Assembly (NCBI GenBank): GCA_938091745.1 | Contig: CALLJK010000002.1 | Span: forward strand, 26,842-90,841 | Length of the DNA stretch: 64,000 nucleotides | Reading direction: 5' to 3' | DNA from: Candidatus Bipolaricaulota bacterium | Lineage (GTDB): Bacteria > Bipolaricaulota > Bipolaricaulia > RBG-16-55-9 > DRXL01 | Shown here: positions 36,721 through 46,532 of the stretch, piece by piece | Layout: every line of letters starts with the position of its first letter | How positions within the stretch are numbered: position 1 is the stretch's first letter | Program-made: the position numbers and the translations under genes | Notes under the pieces: model-generated | Database searches by the model: none | Seen by the model: the letters and a program-made list of their open reading frames with translations, nothing else | What the model was told of the DNA's origin: nothing

Positions 36721-38183
36721 TGCGACGCTGGGATCTCTCTGTAGACGTGCGGGCAGCGCTCCATCTGGTGGGTGTGTTGGTCAAATGGTTCAGCATTGCG
36801 TTTGCGCTGCCCTTGATCTATGCGATCTTTGCTCGTGAGATCTGGTGGCCTTACGCCCTAACGGGGGCTCTTGCTGGACTGGGAGGGTGGGCCATGGAAC
36901 GCGCGGCGTTCACAGAGAGAGATATCCGACCGCGCGAGGGTTTTTTTGTTGTCGCGTTGGCATGGGCGGTCGTCGCCTTTTTGGGAGCAATGCCCTTTGC
37001 GCTCATGGGGGCCTTGCGTCCTATAGATGCCTACTTTGAGGCGATGAGCGGCTTCACGACCACGGGCGCAACAGTGATCGCCCACGTCGAGGGGCTGCCC
37101 AAGGCGCTGCTCTTATGGCGAGCGTTTACGCAATGGCTCGGCGGAATGGGAATAATCGTCTTGGCCGTGGCGCTCTTGCCCAAGTTGGGAGTCGGCGGCT
37201 CGCAACTCATGGACGCTGAGGCCCCAGGGCCAACTCTCGAGAGACTGACACCCCGCATTCGGGAGACAGCTCGACTGTTGTGGGGGATCTACGTCGGCTT
37301 GACGGCTTTCGATGTGATCTTACTCGTCTTTGTGGGAAGGCTGAGCTGGTTCGATGCGGTCGCTCATGCGTTCACCACGCTGTCTACCGGAGGGTTCTCA
37401 ACGAAAGATTCCGGATTCACTGTGTTTTCTGGAGCAGCTCAATGGATCACTGTTCTGTTCATGGCGATAGGGGGGCTCAACTTTGCTCTGCTCTATCGGG
37501 TGGTAGCGCGGCGGCAGTGGCATTCTCTTATTACTGATACAGAAGCACGCTTTTATGGGGCGCTCTTAGGAGGGGCAACGCTTGCCTTGTGGATGAGCGT
37601 CGATGGGGGGGTTGAGGGCCTACGTCATAGCGCCTTCCAAGCGGTGAGCATCATGACGACCACAGGATATGCCAGCGCTGACTTTGAGCGCTGGGCTCCA
37701 ACAGCGAAGATGATCTTGTTAGTCTTAATGTTTCTGGGAGGGTGCGCAGGGAGCACAGCCGGCTCGATCAAAGTGATTCGGACGTGGCTGGTCTTTCGGT
37801 TTATCGTGCGGGAGACGCGTAACGTCATCCATCCGCAGGCAGTGCTGCCCATTCGGGTAAGCGGGCGCGTTGTGAGCGAATCTATCGTGCGAGCTGTAGC
37901 GATCTTCGCTATTCTCTATGTGACGATCTTTGCAGTGAGTAGTATGCTCTTGCTCTGGGACGCAGCTCGAGTAGGGTTGAATATGAACATGGTTGAGGCC
38001 GCAAGCGCTGCGGCTGCCACGTTGGGGAACGTCGGCCCAGGCTTTGGCCTAGTTGGGCCAATGAGCACGTATGCGCAGCTTCCTGGGACGTCGAAAATCT
38101 TATTGGTCTTTCTGATGTGGGCAGGGCGCTTGGAGCTCTTCCCCGTGCTGGTGCTGTTTGTGCGCAGCTATTGGAAAGGATAA
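36717..38183 (+). CDS. trkH: Trk potassium uptake permease
   Basis: TrkH/KtrB-family membrane protein with selectivity-filter-like TTGFS and TTGYA motifs. Confidence 0.85.
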   Translation: MMRRWDLSVDVRAALHLVGVLVKWFSIAFALPLIYAIFAREIWWPYALTGALAGLGGWAMERAAFTERDIRPREGFFVVALAWAVVAFLGAMPFALMGALRPIDAYFEAMSGFTTTGATVIAHVEGLPKALLLWRAFTQWLGGMGIIVLAVALLPKLGVGGSQLMDAEAPGPTLERLTPRIRETARLLWGIYVGLTAFDVILLVFVGRLSWFDAVAHAFTTLSTGGFSTKDSGFTVFSGAAQWITVLFMAIGGLNFALLYRVVARRQWHSLITDTEARFYGALLGGATLALWMSVDGGVEGLRHSAFQAVSIMTTTGYASADFERWAPTAKMILLVLMFLGGCAGSTAGSIKVIRTWLVFRFIVRETRNVIHPQAVLPIRVSGRVVSESIVRAVAIFAILYVTIFAVSSMLLLWDAARVGLNMNMVEAASAAAATLGNVGPGFGLVGPMSTYAQLPGTSKILLVFLMWAGRLELFPVLVLFVRSYWKG

Positions 38184-38184
38184 G

Positions 38185-38790
38185 ATGCGCGCGTTCATCG
38201 TCTTAGGGCATCGGGTGCCGCTGACGCCCAACTTCACGCTCAACGATCTTCCTGGTAGCGCCGGACGATTAGATATTCTTTGTCGCTGCGTGACAGCAGC
38301 GTTCTGTCTGTCTCACGGGATTCGCCGCGACGTCATAGTCTATTTGGTCTTGCAGAACCAGATCATCGTGCGATTGGAGGGCAGTCAGCTTAGGCACTTA
38401 AACCCCGATGAGCGCTCCACCGCGGCTCTGCTGCAAAGAGCTCTCAAAGCTTTTGCCGACAGCACCCACAAAGATCGGGAACTCGAGAGCTCGCCGGGAA
38501 TCTTTATCGCGCCGGGAGGGTTATCTGATGCGCTTAAGAGTGTACAGGGCTTAGGGTTAAGAGTCTATTGGCTCTATGAGCAGGGCTCGCCCATCCGCCA
38601 CGCCCAGCTCCACAAAGACGGAGCGTTCGTCTTGAGCGATCACCTCGAATTTCTCCCAGAAGAAGCAGCGCTCTTGGAGGGATTTCCCAAGCTGAGCTTA
38701 GGGCCGCTCTCACTCCACGCCGATCACTGTATTGTGATCGTGCACAATGAGCTCGATGTGCGATTTGCATTTCCTCCGGCCTCTCAATAA
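38185..38790 (+). CDS. TrmY-like SPOUT methyltransferase (DUF358; archaeal tRNA pseudouridine54 N1-methyltransferase family)
   Basis: N-terminus MRAFIVLGHRVPLTPNFTLNDLPGSAGRLDILCRCVTAAFCLSHGIRRDV closely resembles, from memory, the archaeal TrmY N-terminal signature. Start taken at Met 38185 to avoid the trkH overlap. Confidence 0.5.
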   Translation: MRAFIVLGHRVPLTPNFTLNDLPGSAGRLDILCRCVTAAFCLSHGIRRDVIVYLVLQNQIIVRLEGSQLRHLNPDERSTAALLQRALKAFADSTHKDRELESSPGIFIAPGGLSDALKSVQGLGLRVYWLYEQGSPIRHAQLHKDGAFVLSDHLEFLPEEAALLEGFPKLSLGPLSLHADHCIVIVHNELDVRFAFPPASQ

Positions 38791-38855
38791 GATACAAAAA
38801 TAGAGAGTTGTCCTGCCCTACCTTGAGGGGTAGTACATACAAAGGAGATGGTCTT

Positions 38856-39542
38856 TTGAGGGATGTGGAATCGAGCGGATCACCCCAGAAGGATCGGCTG
38901 GAGATGATCCGGCGCCTCGAGGCCCAGGGGATCACGGACAAGAGAGTGCTCGAGGTGATGGGACGCATTCCACGCCATCTCTTCCTCCCTAATGCCCTGT
39001 GGGATCACGCGTATGCTGATCATCCTGTGCCCATCGACTGCGGCCAGACGATCTCCCAGCCCTATATTGTCGCTCTGATGACTCAAGCGTTACAGCTGGA
39101 GAAGAGCGATCGGGTGCTGGAGATCGGTACGGGGTCAGGGTATCAGACGGCGATCTTAGCTGAATTAGCCGGACACGTCTATACGATCGAGCGCTTCGCT
39201 GCGCTCTCTGAGAAAGCGCGCAAGCTCTTGACTGATGCGGGGTATACGAATATCAGTTTTCGGGTAGGAGATGGGACGCTGGGGTGGCCCGAAGAGGCGC
39301 CCTTTCATAAAATTATTGTGACGGCCGCAGCACCGGAGGTGCCTTCATCGCTGGTGGAGCAATTGGCCGAAGGCGGCAGGATAGTCATCCCAGTGGGAGG
39401 GCGTCAGCTGCAAACGCTTCTTGCCCTCACCAAAGAGCAGGGGAAGCTGCATCGCGAGGAACTCTGCGCGTGCAGCTTCTTGCCGCTCATCGGCAGAGAG
39501 GGTTGGCCGGATCAAGAGACCTGGCTCCAGCATCTGTTATGA
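38856..39542 (+). CDS. pcm: Protein-L-isoaspartate O-methyltransferase
   Basis: QTISQPYIVA and LEIGTGSGYQTAILA motifs. AAGGAG RBS lies 7 nt upstream of the TTG at 38856. Confidence 0.85.
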   Translation: MRDVESSGSPQKDRLEMIRRLEAQGITDKRVLEVMGRIPRHLFLPNALWDHAYADHPVPIDCGQTISQPYIVALMTQALQLEKSDRVLEIGTGSGYQTAILAELAGHVYTIERFAALSEKARKLLTDAGYTNISFRVGDGTLGWPEEAPFHKIIVTAAAPEVPSSLVEQLAEGGRIVIPVGGRQLQTLLALTKEQGKLHREELCACSFLPLIGREGWPDQETWLQHLL

Positions 39543-39637
39543 ATGGGGAAGGAGGGAAGATAAACAGAACTCAAAGCAATAATCTGACTACGCTTATAGC
39601 ACTATAAACTCATACGACAAAAACCAGGAGGTATCAC

Positions 39638-40591
39638 ATGAAAACAATAAGATTTGTGTTACTCATTGTTGGGGTGCTCTTCGTCGCCGGAACGCTCTTG
39701 ACCAGCTGCGGTGGTGGAGTCAAGCCCCCCACAGCCGTGATCACTAAGCCGCAGAGTGGTGCGCAGTTTACAGTCAACCAAGCTATCGAGTTTGCAGGAT
39801 CAGCCAAGGACGATGCCGGCAAGGAGGTCACAAAAGATATCGTCTTTGAGTGGGACTTTGGCGATGGCACAACAGAGAAGGGCCAAACCGTCTCTCACAC
39901 ATACAGCACCAGTGGGACGTACACCGTGAAGTTGACGGTCAAGACCGCGGCTCAAGCCAAAGAGACAAGCCCCAAGCTCGAAGCGAAGCAGACAGCCCAG
40001 ATCGAGATCACAGTGACAGCGGCCCTGTCGGTGGCGATCTCGGCGAGCGTCATAGAGGGGCCAGCTCCGTTAGAAGTCTCATTCACTGCGGAAGTCCAGG
40101 GCATAGCAGCCAGCTACACTTGGGACTTCGGCGACGGCTCCACAAGCTCCGAAGCCAACCCAACGCATACGTTCACGACTGAGGGGACGTACACGGTGAA
40201 GCTCATCGTGACTGCCCCTGACGGCAGCACCGCTTCTGCAGAGAAGACGATCACCGTGACAGCACCACAACAAGCGTCACGGAACCTTTATATTGTCAAA
40301 ATGGTGAGCACTTCTGATGGCCGGCATTTCTTTGACCCAGCAGAGTTGACCATCAGAGTCGGCGAGACGGTTCGCTGGGTGAGCGAGTGTGCAGAGGGCA
40401 TGACCTGTGTCTATTCGGTCCAAGCGTATCCCGATAAGATCCCCGCGGGCGCGGAAGCCTTCAACTCAGGGCTCCTTATGGAGCAGGGACAGTCATTTGA
40501 GTATACGTTCACTGTCCCTGGAGAATATGAATACTTCTGCTTGTCCTATGAGCCCATGGGGATGAAGGGGAAGATCATCGTGCAGCCGTAA
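39638..40591 (+). CDS. Lipoprotein with two PKD domains and a C-terminal cupredoxin (plastocyanin-like) domain
   Basis: Lipobox LTSCGG. Two WDFGDG PKD signatures. The C-terminus HFFDP...[17 protein letters not shown] is plastocyanin-like, but Tyr occupies the usual CxxH position. Confidence 0.7.
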   Translation: MKTIRFVLLIVGVLFVAGTLLTSCGGGVKPPTAVITKPQSGAQFTVNQAIEFAGSAKDDAGKEVTKDIVFEWDFGDGTTEKGQTVSHTYSTSGTYTVKLTVKTAAQAKETSPKLEAKQTAQIEITVTAALSVAISASVIEGPAPLEVSFTAEVQGIAASYTWDFGDGSTSSEANPTHTFTTEGTYTVKLIVTAPDGSTASAEKTITVTAPQQASRNLYIVKMVSTSDGRHFFDPAELTIRVGETVRWVSECAEGMTCVYSVQAYPDKIPAGAEAFNSGLLMEQGQSFEYTFTVPGEYEYFCLSYEPMGMKGKIIVQP

Positions 40592-40599
40592 TGAGAGGA

Positions 40600-40703
40600 G
40601 GCCCTCACTCCCCAGGCTTCGCCTGGACCGTACATCTTCGCCAGCCACAGGCTGGCGAAGGTGAAGCCCACGCGCAGCGTGCCCGTAGGGCGGGGTGAGG
40701 GCC
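40600..40703. repeat. Intergenic full-length family-1 palindromic element (12-bp TIR GGCCCTCAC(T)CCCC/GGGGTGAGGGCC)
   Basis: ~90% identical to the intragenic copy at 29018-29120. Same internal CTTCGCCAGCC/GGCTGGCGAAG hairpin. Confidence 0.8.
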
Positions 40704-40712
40704 TTAAATATC

Positions 40713-41738
40713 ATGCGAAAGATTATAGACCTGCGCAGCGACACAGTCACGAAGCCGACGCCCCCGATGCGTCGCGCCATGGCCGAGGCTGAAGTCGGCG
40801 ACGACGTCTTCGGGGAAGATCCTACGGTCAATAAGCTCCAAGAATACGCGGCTCAGCTCTTCGGACGCGAAGCAGCGCTCTTTGTCCCTTCGGGGACGAT
40901 GGGCAACCAAATCGCCATCAAAGTCCACACCCAGCCAGGGGATGAAGTCATTGTCGAAGAAGCTTCCCATATCTTTAACTCCGAGATGGCGATGATGGGA
41001 GCGTTTTCGGGGGTTATCCCCCGCCCGATCCCTAGTGAGCGTGGGTTCCTGCGCTGGGAGCAGATCGAGCGCGCTATCCGACCGAAAGTGTATTACTATG
41101 CTCAAACGCGCCTGATCTGCTTAGAAAACACTCATAACTTCAAGGGCGGAGGCGTCTATCCTGTAGAGTGGGCCAGAGAGATTATCGAAAGGGCGCACGA
41201 GCGTGGCTTGGCCGTGCATCTCGATGGGGCGCGAATCTTCAACGCTGCTATTGCGACTGGGCGCTCAGTGAAGGAGCTGACGGAGGGCTTTGATTCTGTG
41301 ATGTTTTGTCTCTCCAAGGGGCTAGGAGCGCCGGTGGGCTCGATGCTCGTCGGTTCAAAAGAATTCATTGAGAAAGCCCGACGGGTGCGCAAGATGCTCG
41401 GTGGGGGGATGCGCCAGGTCGGGATTCTCGCTGCCGCAGGACTCTATGCGCTCGAGCATCATGTTGAGCGGCTTGCCGAAGATCATGAGAACGCCCAGCT
41501 GCTCGCGAAGGTTCTCCAAGAGATCCCCGAGGTGCGCCTCGAGCCTGTCGAGACCAATATCGTGATCTTCGAGCTCTCCAAGACGCCTGCCGAAAGGCTA
41601 ATTGCTGAGCTCAAACAGAGAGATATTTTAGCTTTAGCAATCGGGCCACGTCGGATACGCTTAGTAACACATCTTGACGTATCGCGAGAAGACGTGCTAT
41701 ACGCCGCTCAGGCTATCCGAGAGATTCTCCAAAAATAA
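40713..41738 (+). CDS. ltaE: Low-specificity L-threonine aldolase
   Basis: [13 protein letters not shown]-terminus, Gly-rich PSGTMGNQ, and the PLP-lysine region [11 protein letters not shown]. Confidence 0.85.
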   Translation: MRKIIDLRSDTVTKPTPPMRRAMAEAEVGDDVFGEDPTVNKLQEYAAQLFGREAALFVPSGTMGNQIAIKVHTQPGDEVIVEEASHIFNSEMAMMGAFSGVIPRPIPSERGFLRWEQIERAIRPKVYYYAQTRLICLENTHNFKGGGVYPVEWAREIIERAHERGLAVHLDGARIFNAAIATGRSVKELTEGFDSVMFCLSKGLGAPVGSMLVGSKEFIEKARRVRKMLGGGMRQVGILAAAGLYALEHHVERLAEDHENAQLLAKVLQEIPEVRLEPVETNIVIFELSKTPAERLIAELKQRDILALAIGPRRIRLVTHLDVSREDVLYAAQAIREILQK

Positions 41739-41762
41739 GGAGCCCCTTGGGGGAGGGGCTCC
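41739..41762 (+). terminator. GC hairpin (GGAGCCCCT-loop-AGGGGCTCC) immediately after the ltaE stop. Likely an intrinsic terminator without a U-tract.
   Basis: 9-bp perfect stem read directly, followed by an AT-rich promoter-like region with TATAAT at ~41925. Confidence 0.5.
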
Positions 41763-41952
41763 ATCCCACCCGCTTGTGGAGTGGTGGTGAGAGGATGGTA
41801 GAGGGATTTTATTATACCCTATCTTCCGAAAGCCGTCTGTAGCGGAGATCACATTGAAACTTTTTTCTCAGTTGATGGTATTTATACGTGTCACGCTCTA
41901 GGCACAGGGGGCAATCCCGTGCTATAATGGGGCGGACCGAAGGAGGCCATCT

Positions 41953-43236
41953 ATGCGCGCAGCTCTCAGCCGTCGCACGTTCCTGCGAGTCCTGGGGGCC
42001 ACAGCCGGGGCTCTCGTCTTGGGACACTATAAGGGTTTCAGCCAGCAAACGATGACCATCGGGGTTCTCGGAAGCACAGCCTCTCCCCTCGGCCAAGGGA
42101 TTCTCAACGGAGCACAACTGGCAGCGAGCGAGCTGAATTTCAAGCTCATCCCCCAAGATCTGGGCAGCGAGACCGATCCCGCCCGCGCTCGGGCCGCGTT
42201 GAACGATCTCATTGGTAAGGGGGCTGACGCTATCGTAGGTCTCTCCCGCGCAGACACGATCCCCGCGCTCTTGCTCGACATCCCCAAAGTCAAGAAGCCC
42301 TTTATTATCACGGGGACGCCGCTGCTGGGGACGGATCAAGTCGCCGGGAACTTTGAGAATTTTAAATATATCTTTCGCGCGGGCCTCGTCAGCGCTAGCG
42401 CACAAGCTTTCGATGGCGGCGAGTTCAGCCGGGAGTTTTTGGTCGGGCATCTGATTAAAGACAAGGTGCTTCGATCAAACGCTGTCGCTATCGTTGGTGA
42501 TACATCCAAGCAGAGCGCGGACTTTCGCGCCGCATTGCTGCCCAGGCTCACGCGAGCAGGCTTAGACGTCGTGGGCAATCTCGCCGACGGTCAGGCTGGA
42601 GTGCTCTTAGAGCGCTTGCAGAAGATCAACGTGCCCACGGCGATCACGGCGTTCTTTGATGCCAAGATTGGAACGGAATTCGCGCAGGGCTGGTCCGCAA
42701 ACAAAGTGAAAGTCGCGCTCTTTGGGTGGAACGAAGCGCTACTTTATGACGATCTGAAGGGCGCAGCCACAGGGTATGTCGTCACGGACTTCGTGGCGGA
42801 GACTGAAAGAGTGGGCCCCAAAACGCTCGAGTTCTATAAGAAATATCAAGCGCAGTTCAAAGTGCGGCCGGTCTTCACAGCGGCGACCACCTATGATGCT
42901 GTTTATGCGCTCGCTGATGCGCTCGGGCGCGCCCGCACCACCGAAGCTGAAGCCCTGGTCAAGGCCTTGGAAGGGACTCGCATGAACGGGGTTGTGGGCT
43001 TGATCCGATTCTATACAGTAGAAGAGCAGCAGCGCGACCCGCTGAAGTTAGCTGTCGCCCACGATCAGGTCTATGGGATCAACAAGACAGCTCCAGCACC
43101 AGTGCCAGGAGCAGCGTCGGCATTTGACGGAGTCCGGCCCTTCTATACCCAGCTAGCTTCTGACGGCCGACGGGTCGTGCTCTATCCCGCTGAATACGCG
43201 ACCGGCTCGTATACGCTGCCGCCACATTTCGGATAG
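41953..43236 (+). CDS. ABC transporter substrate-binding protein (type-1 PBP, Leu/Ile/Val-binding-like) with Tat signal
   Basis: SRRTFLRVLGATAGALVLG twin-arginine signal. Periplasmic-binding-protein fold features. Confidence 0.75.
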   Translation: MRAALSRRTFLRVLGATAGALVLGHYKGFSQQTMTIGVLGSTASPLGQGILNGAQLAASELNFKLIPQDLGSETDPARARAALNDLIGKGADAIVGLSRADTIPALLLDIPKVKKPFIITGTPLLGTDQVAGNFENFKYIFRAGLVSASAQAFDGGEFSREFLVGHLIKDKVLRSNAVAIVGDTSKQSADFRAALLPRLTRAGLDVVGNLADGQAGVLLERLQKINVPTAITAFFDAKIGTEFAQGWSANKVKVALFGWNEALLYDDLKGAATGYVVTDFVAETERVGPKTLEFYKKYQAQFKVRPVFTAATTYDAVYALADALGRARTTEAEALVKALEGTRMNGVVGLIRFYTVEEQQRDPLKLAVAHDQVYGINKTAPAPVPGAASAFDGVRPFYTQLASDGRRVVLYPAEYATGSYTLPPHFG

Positions 43237-43262
43237 CACCAAAACTTTAAGGAGGTTGAACG

Positions 43263-45161
43263 ATGAGGCGCAGGGGGAATAATAGCATAGGTCGAGCGTT
43301 CGTGCTCACGCTGCTGTTGGTTATAGTCGGTCTGAACACCCCAGGGTTGCTCTCGCAGTCCCAGATCGAGAGTCCAGAAGCCCCGCGCGTGATATACGTG
43401 CTCCTGCCCACGGGCCGATGCGTCATCGCGCCACCAGGTTTGCCCGCAGATAATTGCCCCTCAGGGACTCTCCCCCCGAAAGAGACTTTTATCAATTGGA
43501 TCGCAGCCGATGGGAGTGACTTTGAGGGAGCTATCGGGTACAAAGATATCAATAAAGACATAATCAAAGTGACATTTCGCGTCATCGAAGCGACCGAAGT
43601 GAAGGACGCCCCGCCAGGGACGTTTCGAGCGGGGCAGATCTTCAGCTTTGAGCCCCCAGCCCAGACAAGCGAGACAGGGGAATTTGGCTTTCGCATCTTC
43701 ACGACCGTGCCGCAAGATGTCACCCTCGAAGTGACGCTCGAAGATGCCAAGAAGAACGTCAGCCAACCCAAGATATTTTCTTTTAAAGCCGTCGGCCCAG
43801 AGCCGATCATCAGCAAGATCATCTTCCCTACGGAGATCCCCCTCGGGGCTGAGCAGAAAGTCCTAGTCGGTTTCATAGATCGTGAGGGCCAATTGAGCCG
43901 CGTCTACTTTCAGCTGATCAACTTTGATCCCAAGCGTGTGGGGGACTGCTCGCTGCCCATCGACCCCAATGGCATCGATGTGAGCGAGCAAGTCTTGGGC
44001 GACAAAGAAGGCGAGCTAAGTTTTTCCATGTCGTGCAACAGCGCGCAGCGGCTCAAGTTCCACGTCGTCTTAGTGGACCGCCAAGGCAATCGGAGCGAGC
44101 GGAGCATCCTGCGGCAGCAAAGCACGTTTGAGTTTATCGCAGGGCGCAAAGTCGCTGATGGGCTCTTCTTCCTCGATCAATTTGGGCGAGATGGCAGCGA
44201 ACTTGGCGCATTCCGGAGCCCCCAGGGAATCGCTGTGGACAGTAAAGGGTTCATCTACGTTGCCGATACGGAGAACCATCGCATTCAAGTCTTTGATCCG
44301 AGCACGTTCAAACTCACGGAAAAGCTCCCACGGGCTGTGTGGGGTAGCCGATGTCTGTTGCGGACCGGGGAGGGGTGTCGCGATCCCGATGGCGGGGGGC
44401 CGCTTGTTCCAGGCGATGGGCAGTTTGACGGCCCAACAGATGTCGCCGTCGACGCAGCAGGCAATGTCTATGTCGTGGACAGCGGCAATCATAGAATCCA
44501 GAAATTTGACGCTAACGGGAAGTTCTTGGCTAAGTGGGGCACACGTGGCAGTGGCCCTGGCCAGTTTGATGCCCCTATCAGCATTGGACTGGACAGCACG
44601 GGAAGGTTCGCCTACGTGGCTGATAAAGGGAACCATCGCATTCAGAAATTTGACATTAGTCGGTCCCCAGTGCAATTCATAACCCAATGGGGGAGCGAAT
44701 GTAATCTCACGATGACACCTCCCACAGGGCGCTGCGTCGATCCCGATGGTGCCGGTCCACGCCAGATTGGCGATGGGCAATTTTTTGAACCGAAGGCAGT
44801 GGCTGTCGATAGAGCAGGAAATGTCTATGTCTCAGATACAGGGAATCATCGCATTCAGAAATTCAAAGAGAACGGGGAGTTTCTGCTCAAGTTTGGGCGC
44901 AAAGGCTTTGCCCCAGGGCAGTTCGATACCCCTCGCGGTTTAGCCTTCACGGACCAAGGGAACTTGCTCGTCGTTGATCAAGATAATCATCGTGTCCAGG
45001 AATTTGACAGCGAAGGCAAATTCGTGCGGCAATGGGGTGTGCAAGGCACGGGGGAAGGGGAGTTCAACGCGCCGCAAGATATTGCTCTCGACAGCGCGGG
45101 CAATATCTATATTGTCGAACTGCTCAACAATCGCGTGCAAAAATTAGGGGACCTAAAATAG
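43263..45161 (+). CDS. Secreted NHL-repeat beta-propeller protein with N-terminal domains of unknown function
   Basis: Signal peptide. The C-terminal half carries six NHL repeats with recurrent NHRIQ(K/V/E)FD motifs. Confidence 0.75.
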   Translation: MRRRGNNSIGRAFVLTLLLVIVGLNTPGLLSQSQIESPEAPRVIYVLLPTGRCVIAPPGLPADNCPSGTLPPKETFINWIAADGSDFEGAIGYKDINKDIIKVTFRVIEATEVKDAPPGTFRAGQIFSFEPPAQTSETGEFGFRIFTTVPQDVTLEVTLEDAKKNVSQPKIFSFKAVGPEPIISKIIFPTEIPLGAEQKVLVGFIDREGQLSRVYFQLINFDPKRVGDCSLPIDPNGIDVSEQVLGDKEGELSFSMSCNSAQRLKFHVVLVDRQGNRSERSILRQQSTFEFIAGRKVADGLFFLDQFGRDGSELGAFRSPQGIAVDSKGFIYVADTENHRIQVFDPSTFKLTEKLPRAVWGSRCLLRTGEGCRDPDGGGPLVPGDGQFDGPTDVAVDAAGNVYVVDSGNHRIQKFDANGKFLAKWGTRGSGPGQFDAPISIGLDSTGRFAYVADKGNHRIQKFDISRSPVQFITQWGSECNLTMTPPTGRCVDPDGAGPRQIGDGQFFEPKAVAVDRAGNVYVSDTGNHRIQKFKENGEFLLKFGRKGFAPGQFDTPRGLAFTDQGNLLVVDQDNHRVQEFDSEGKFVRQWGVQGTGEGEFNAPQDIALDSAGNIYIVELLNNRVQKLGDLK

Positions 45162-45177
45162 CTCCAAGGAGGCGACT

Positions 45178-46452
45178 ATGCACCGTATCGCGAGAGTGCT
45201 GGCTGTCGCTATCGTATTGGGCGCGCTCAGCACAGTATCAGCGGGGCTAGCGCAGAGCAATCTGCAGTTGGTCTTCAAAGTGCCTGATGGCAGCCCTATT
45301 CGTTCTTCGCCCGTGATTGACCTAGCGAAGAACGCCATCTATTTTGGGGCCGATGACGGGAATCTCTACGCGATCCCACTGATCAGTTCTGAGCAACCTC
45401 GACGAGCCAAGTGGGTCTTTTCGCCCGACCCTGATCCTGCGAAGCGCCACCCCATGCGTACTTCCCCAGTGATTGACGAAGCGCGCAACAGAATCTATAT
45501 CGGGGCCGATGACGGCAAGCTCTACGCTGTGGACCGAGACACGGGGCAGCTCGTCGAGGGATTTAACCCTGCTCAGCGGGCTGCTCCCATTCGTGTGCCC
45601 CCGGCGCTGGATCAGCCCAGGAGTACACTCTATGTCGCTGGGGATGACCAGCAACTCCTGGCTCTCAACGCCCTGACTGGTGAGCTTGGTGGCCCAACTA
45701 ACCCTACATTCAATGCGGCAAAAGGGGCCATTCGCACTGCGCCCATCATCGATTTTGTCAAAAGTGCGGTCTATTTTGGCTCCGACGATGGGAAATTCTA
45801 TGCGATTGATCGCGATAATTTTCAGACGAACGTCTTTAGCCCTGTAGTAATTGGTAGCCCGATCCGAGGCTCGCCACTGTTGGATATCCTTGGAACTGAA
45901 GGCGCCGTGATCTATTTCGGTGCAGACAACGGGGTCTTCTACGCAATTGATCGTGAAGGCAAAGAACTCTATACCTTCGAGACCTTCGGGCCAGTCCGCA
46001 CCAAAGCCGCTGTCGACCCTGTCAAGAACGCCGTCTATTTTGTCTCCGATGACGGCAAGCTCTATGCGCTCTTTCGGAGCGACGAGAAAGATAGCAAGGG
46101 CCAGCCCATAAAGGGCAGGGAGCGCGGCAAGCAGAAATTCGCTGTCGCTATCGTGACCGATAACAATCCCAATCCCTTCGACGGGGACCTGCCGCGCTCG
46201 TCACCAGTCGTTGACCGTCGTCTGGGAGCCACCGGAACAGGGACGATCATCGTTGGGTCTGTGGACGGCAGACTCTACGGGATCAGTCCTGATAGCGGGC
46301 GCGCTCAGTTTATTCTCGCTGTGCCAGGTGCCGGCATCGATCCCCGCGCGGCGATCCGTACTACCCCAGCGCTCTACGTCAGCGGCCCCAGTGCGTCTAT
46401 AGATATCTATGTCGGCGCAGACGACGGTGGGCTCTACGTTGCACGACGATAA
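45178..46452 (+). CDS. Secreted PQQ-like beta-propeller repeat protein (BamB-like fold)
   Basis: Signal peptide. Repeated YFGADDGNLYAI, YIGADDGKLYAVD and YFGSDDGKFYAID blades. Confidence 0.75.
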   Translation: MHRIARVLAVAIVLGALSTVSAGLAQSNLQLVFKVPDGSPIRSSPVIDLAKNAIYFGADDGNLYAIPLISSEQPRRAKWVFSPDPDPAKRHPMRTSPVIDEARNRIYIGADDGKLYAVDRDTGQLVEGFNPAQRAAPIRVPPALDQPRSTLYVAGDDQQLLALNALTGELGGPTNPTFNAAKGAIRTAPIIDFVKSAVYFGSDDGKFYAIDRDNFQTNVFSPVVIGSPIRGSPLLDILGTEGAVIYFGADNGVFYAIDREGKELYTFETFGPVRTKAAVDPVKNAVYFVSDDGKLYALFRSDEKDSKGQPIKGRERGKQKFAVAIVTDNNPNPFDGDLPRSSPVVDRRLGATGTGTIIVGSVDGRLYGISPDSGRAQFILAVPGAGIDPRAAIRTTPALYVSGPSASIDIYVGADDGGLYVARR

Positions 46453-46532
46453 GGGATTGGACTTTGCAAATATTACGAGCTAGAATGATCTTAGAAAAAG
46501 ATCTGGCATACACCATCAAGGAGGTGGCATTC

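Noticed and set aside
41812-42450. 212-aa minus-strand ORF overlapping the Tat-signal substrate-binding protein gene
   Set aside because: The plus-strand gene has a clear Tat signal and PBP fold. The antisense frame has no RBS or motifs.
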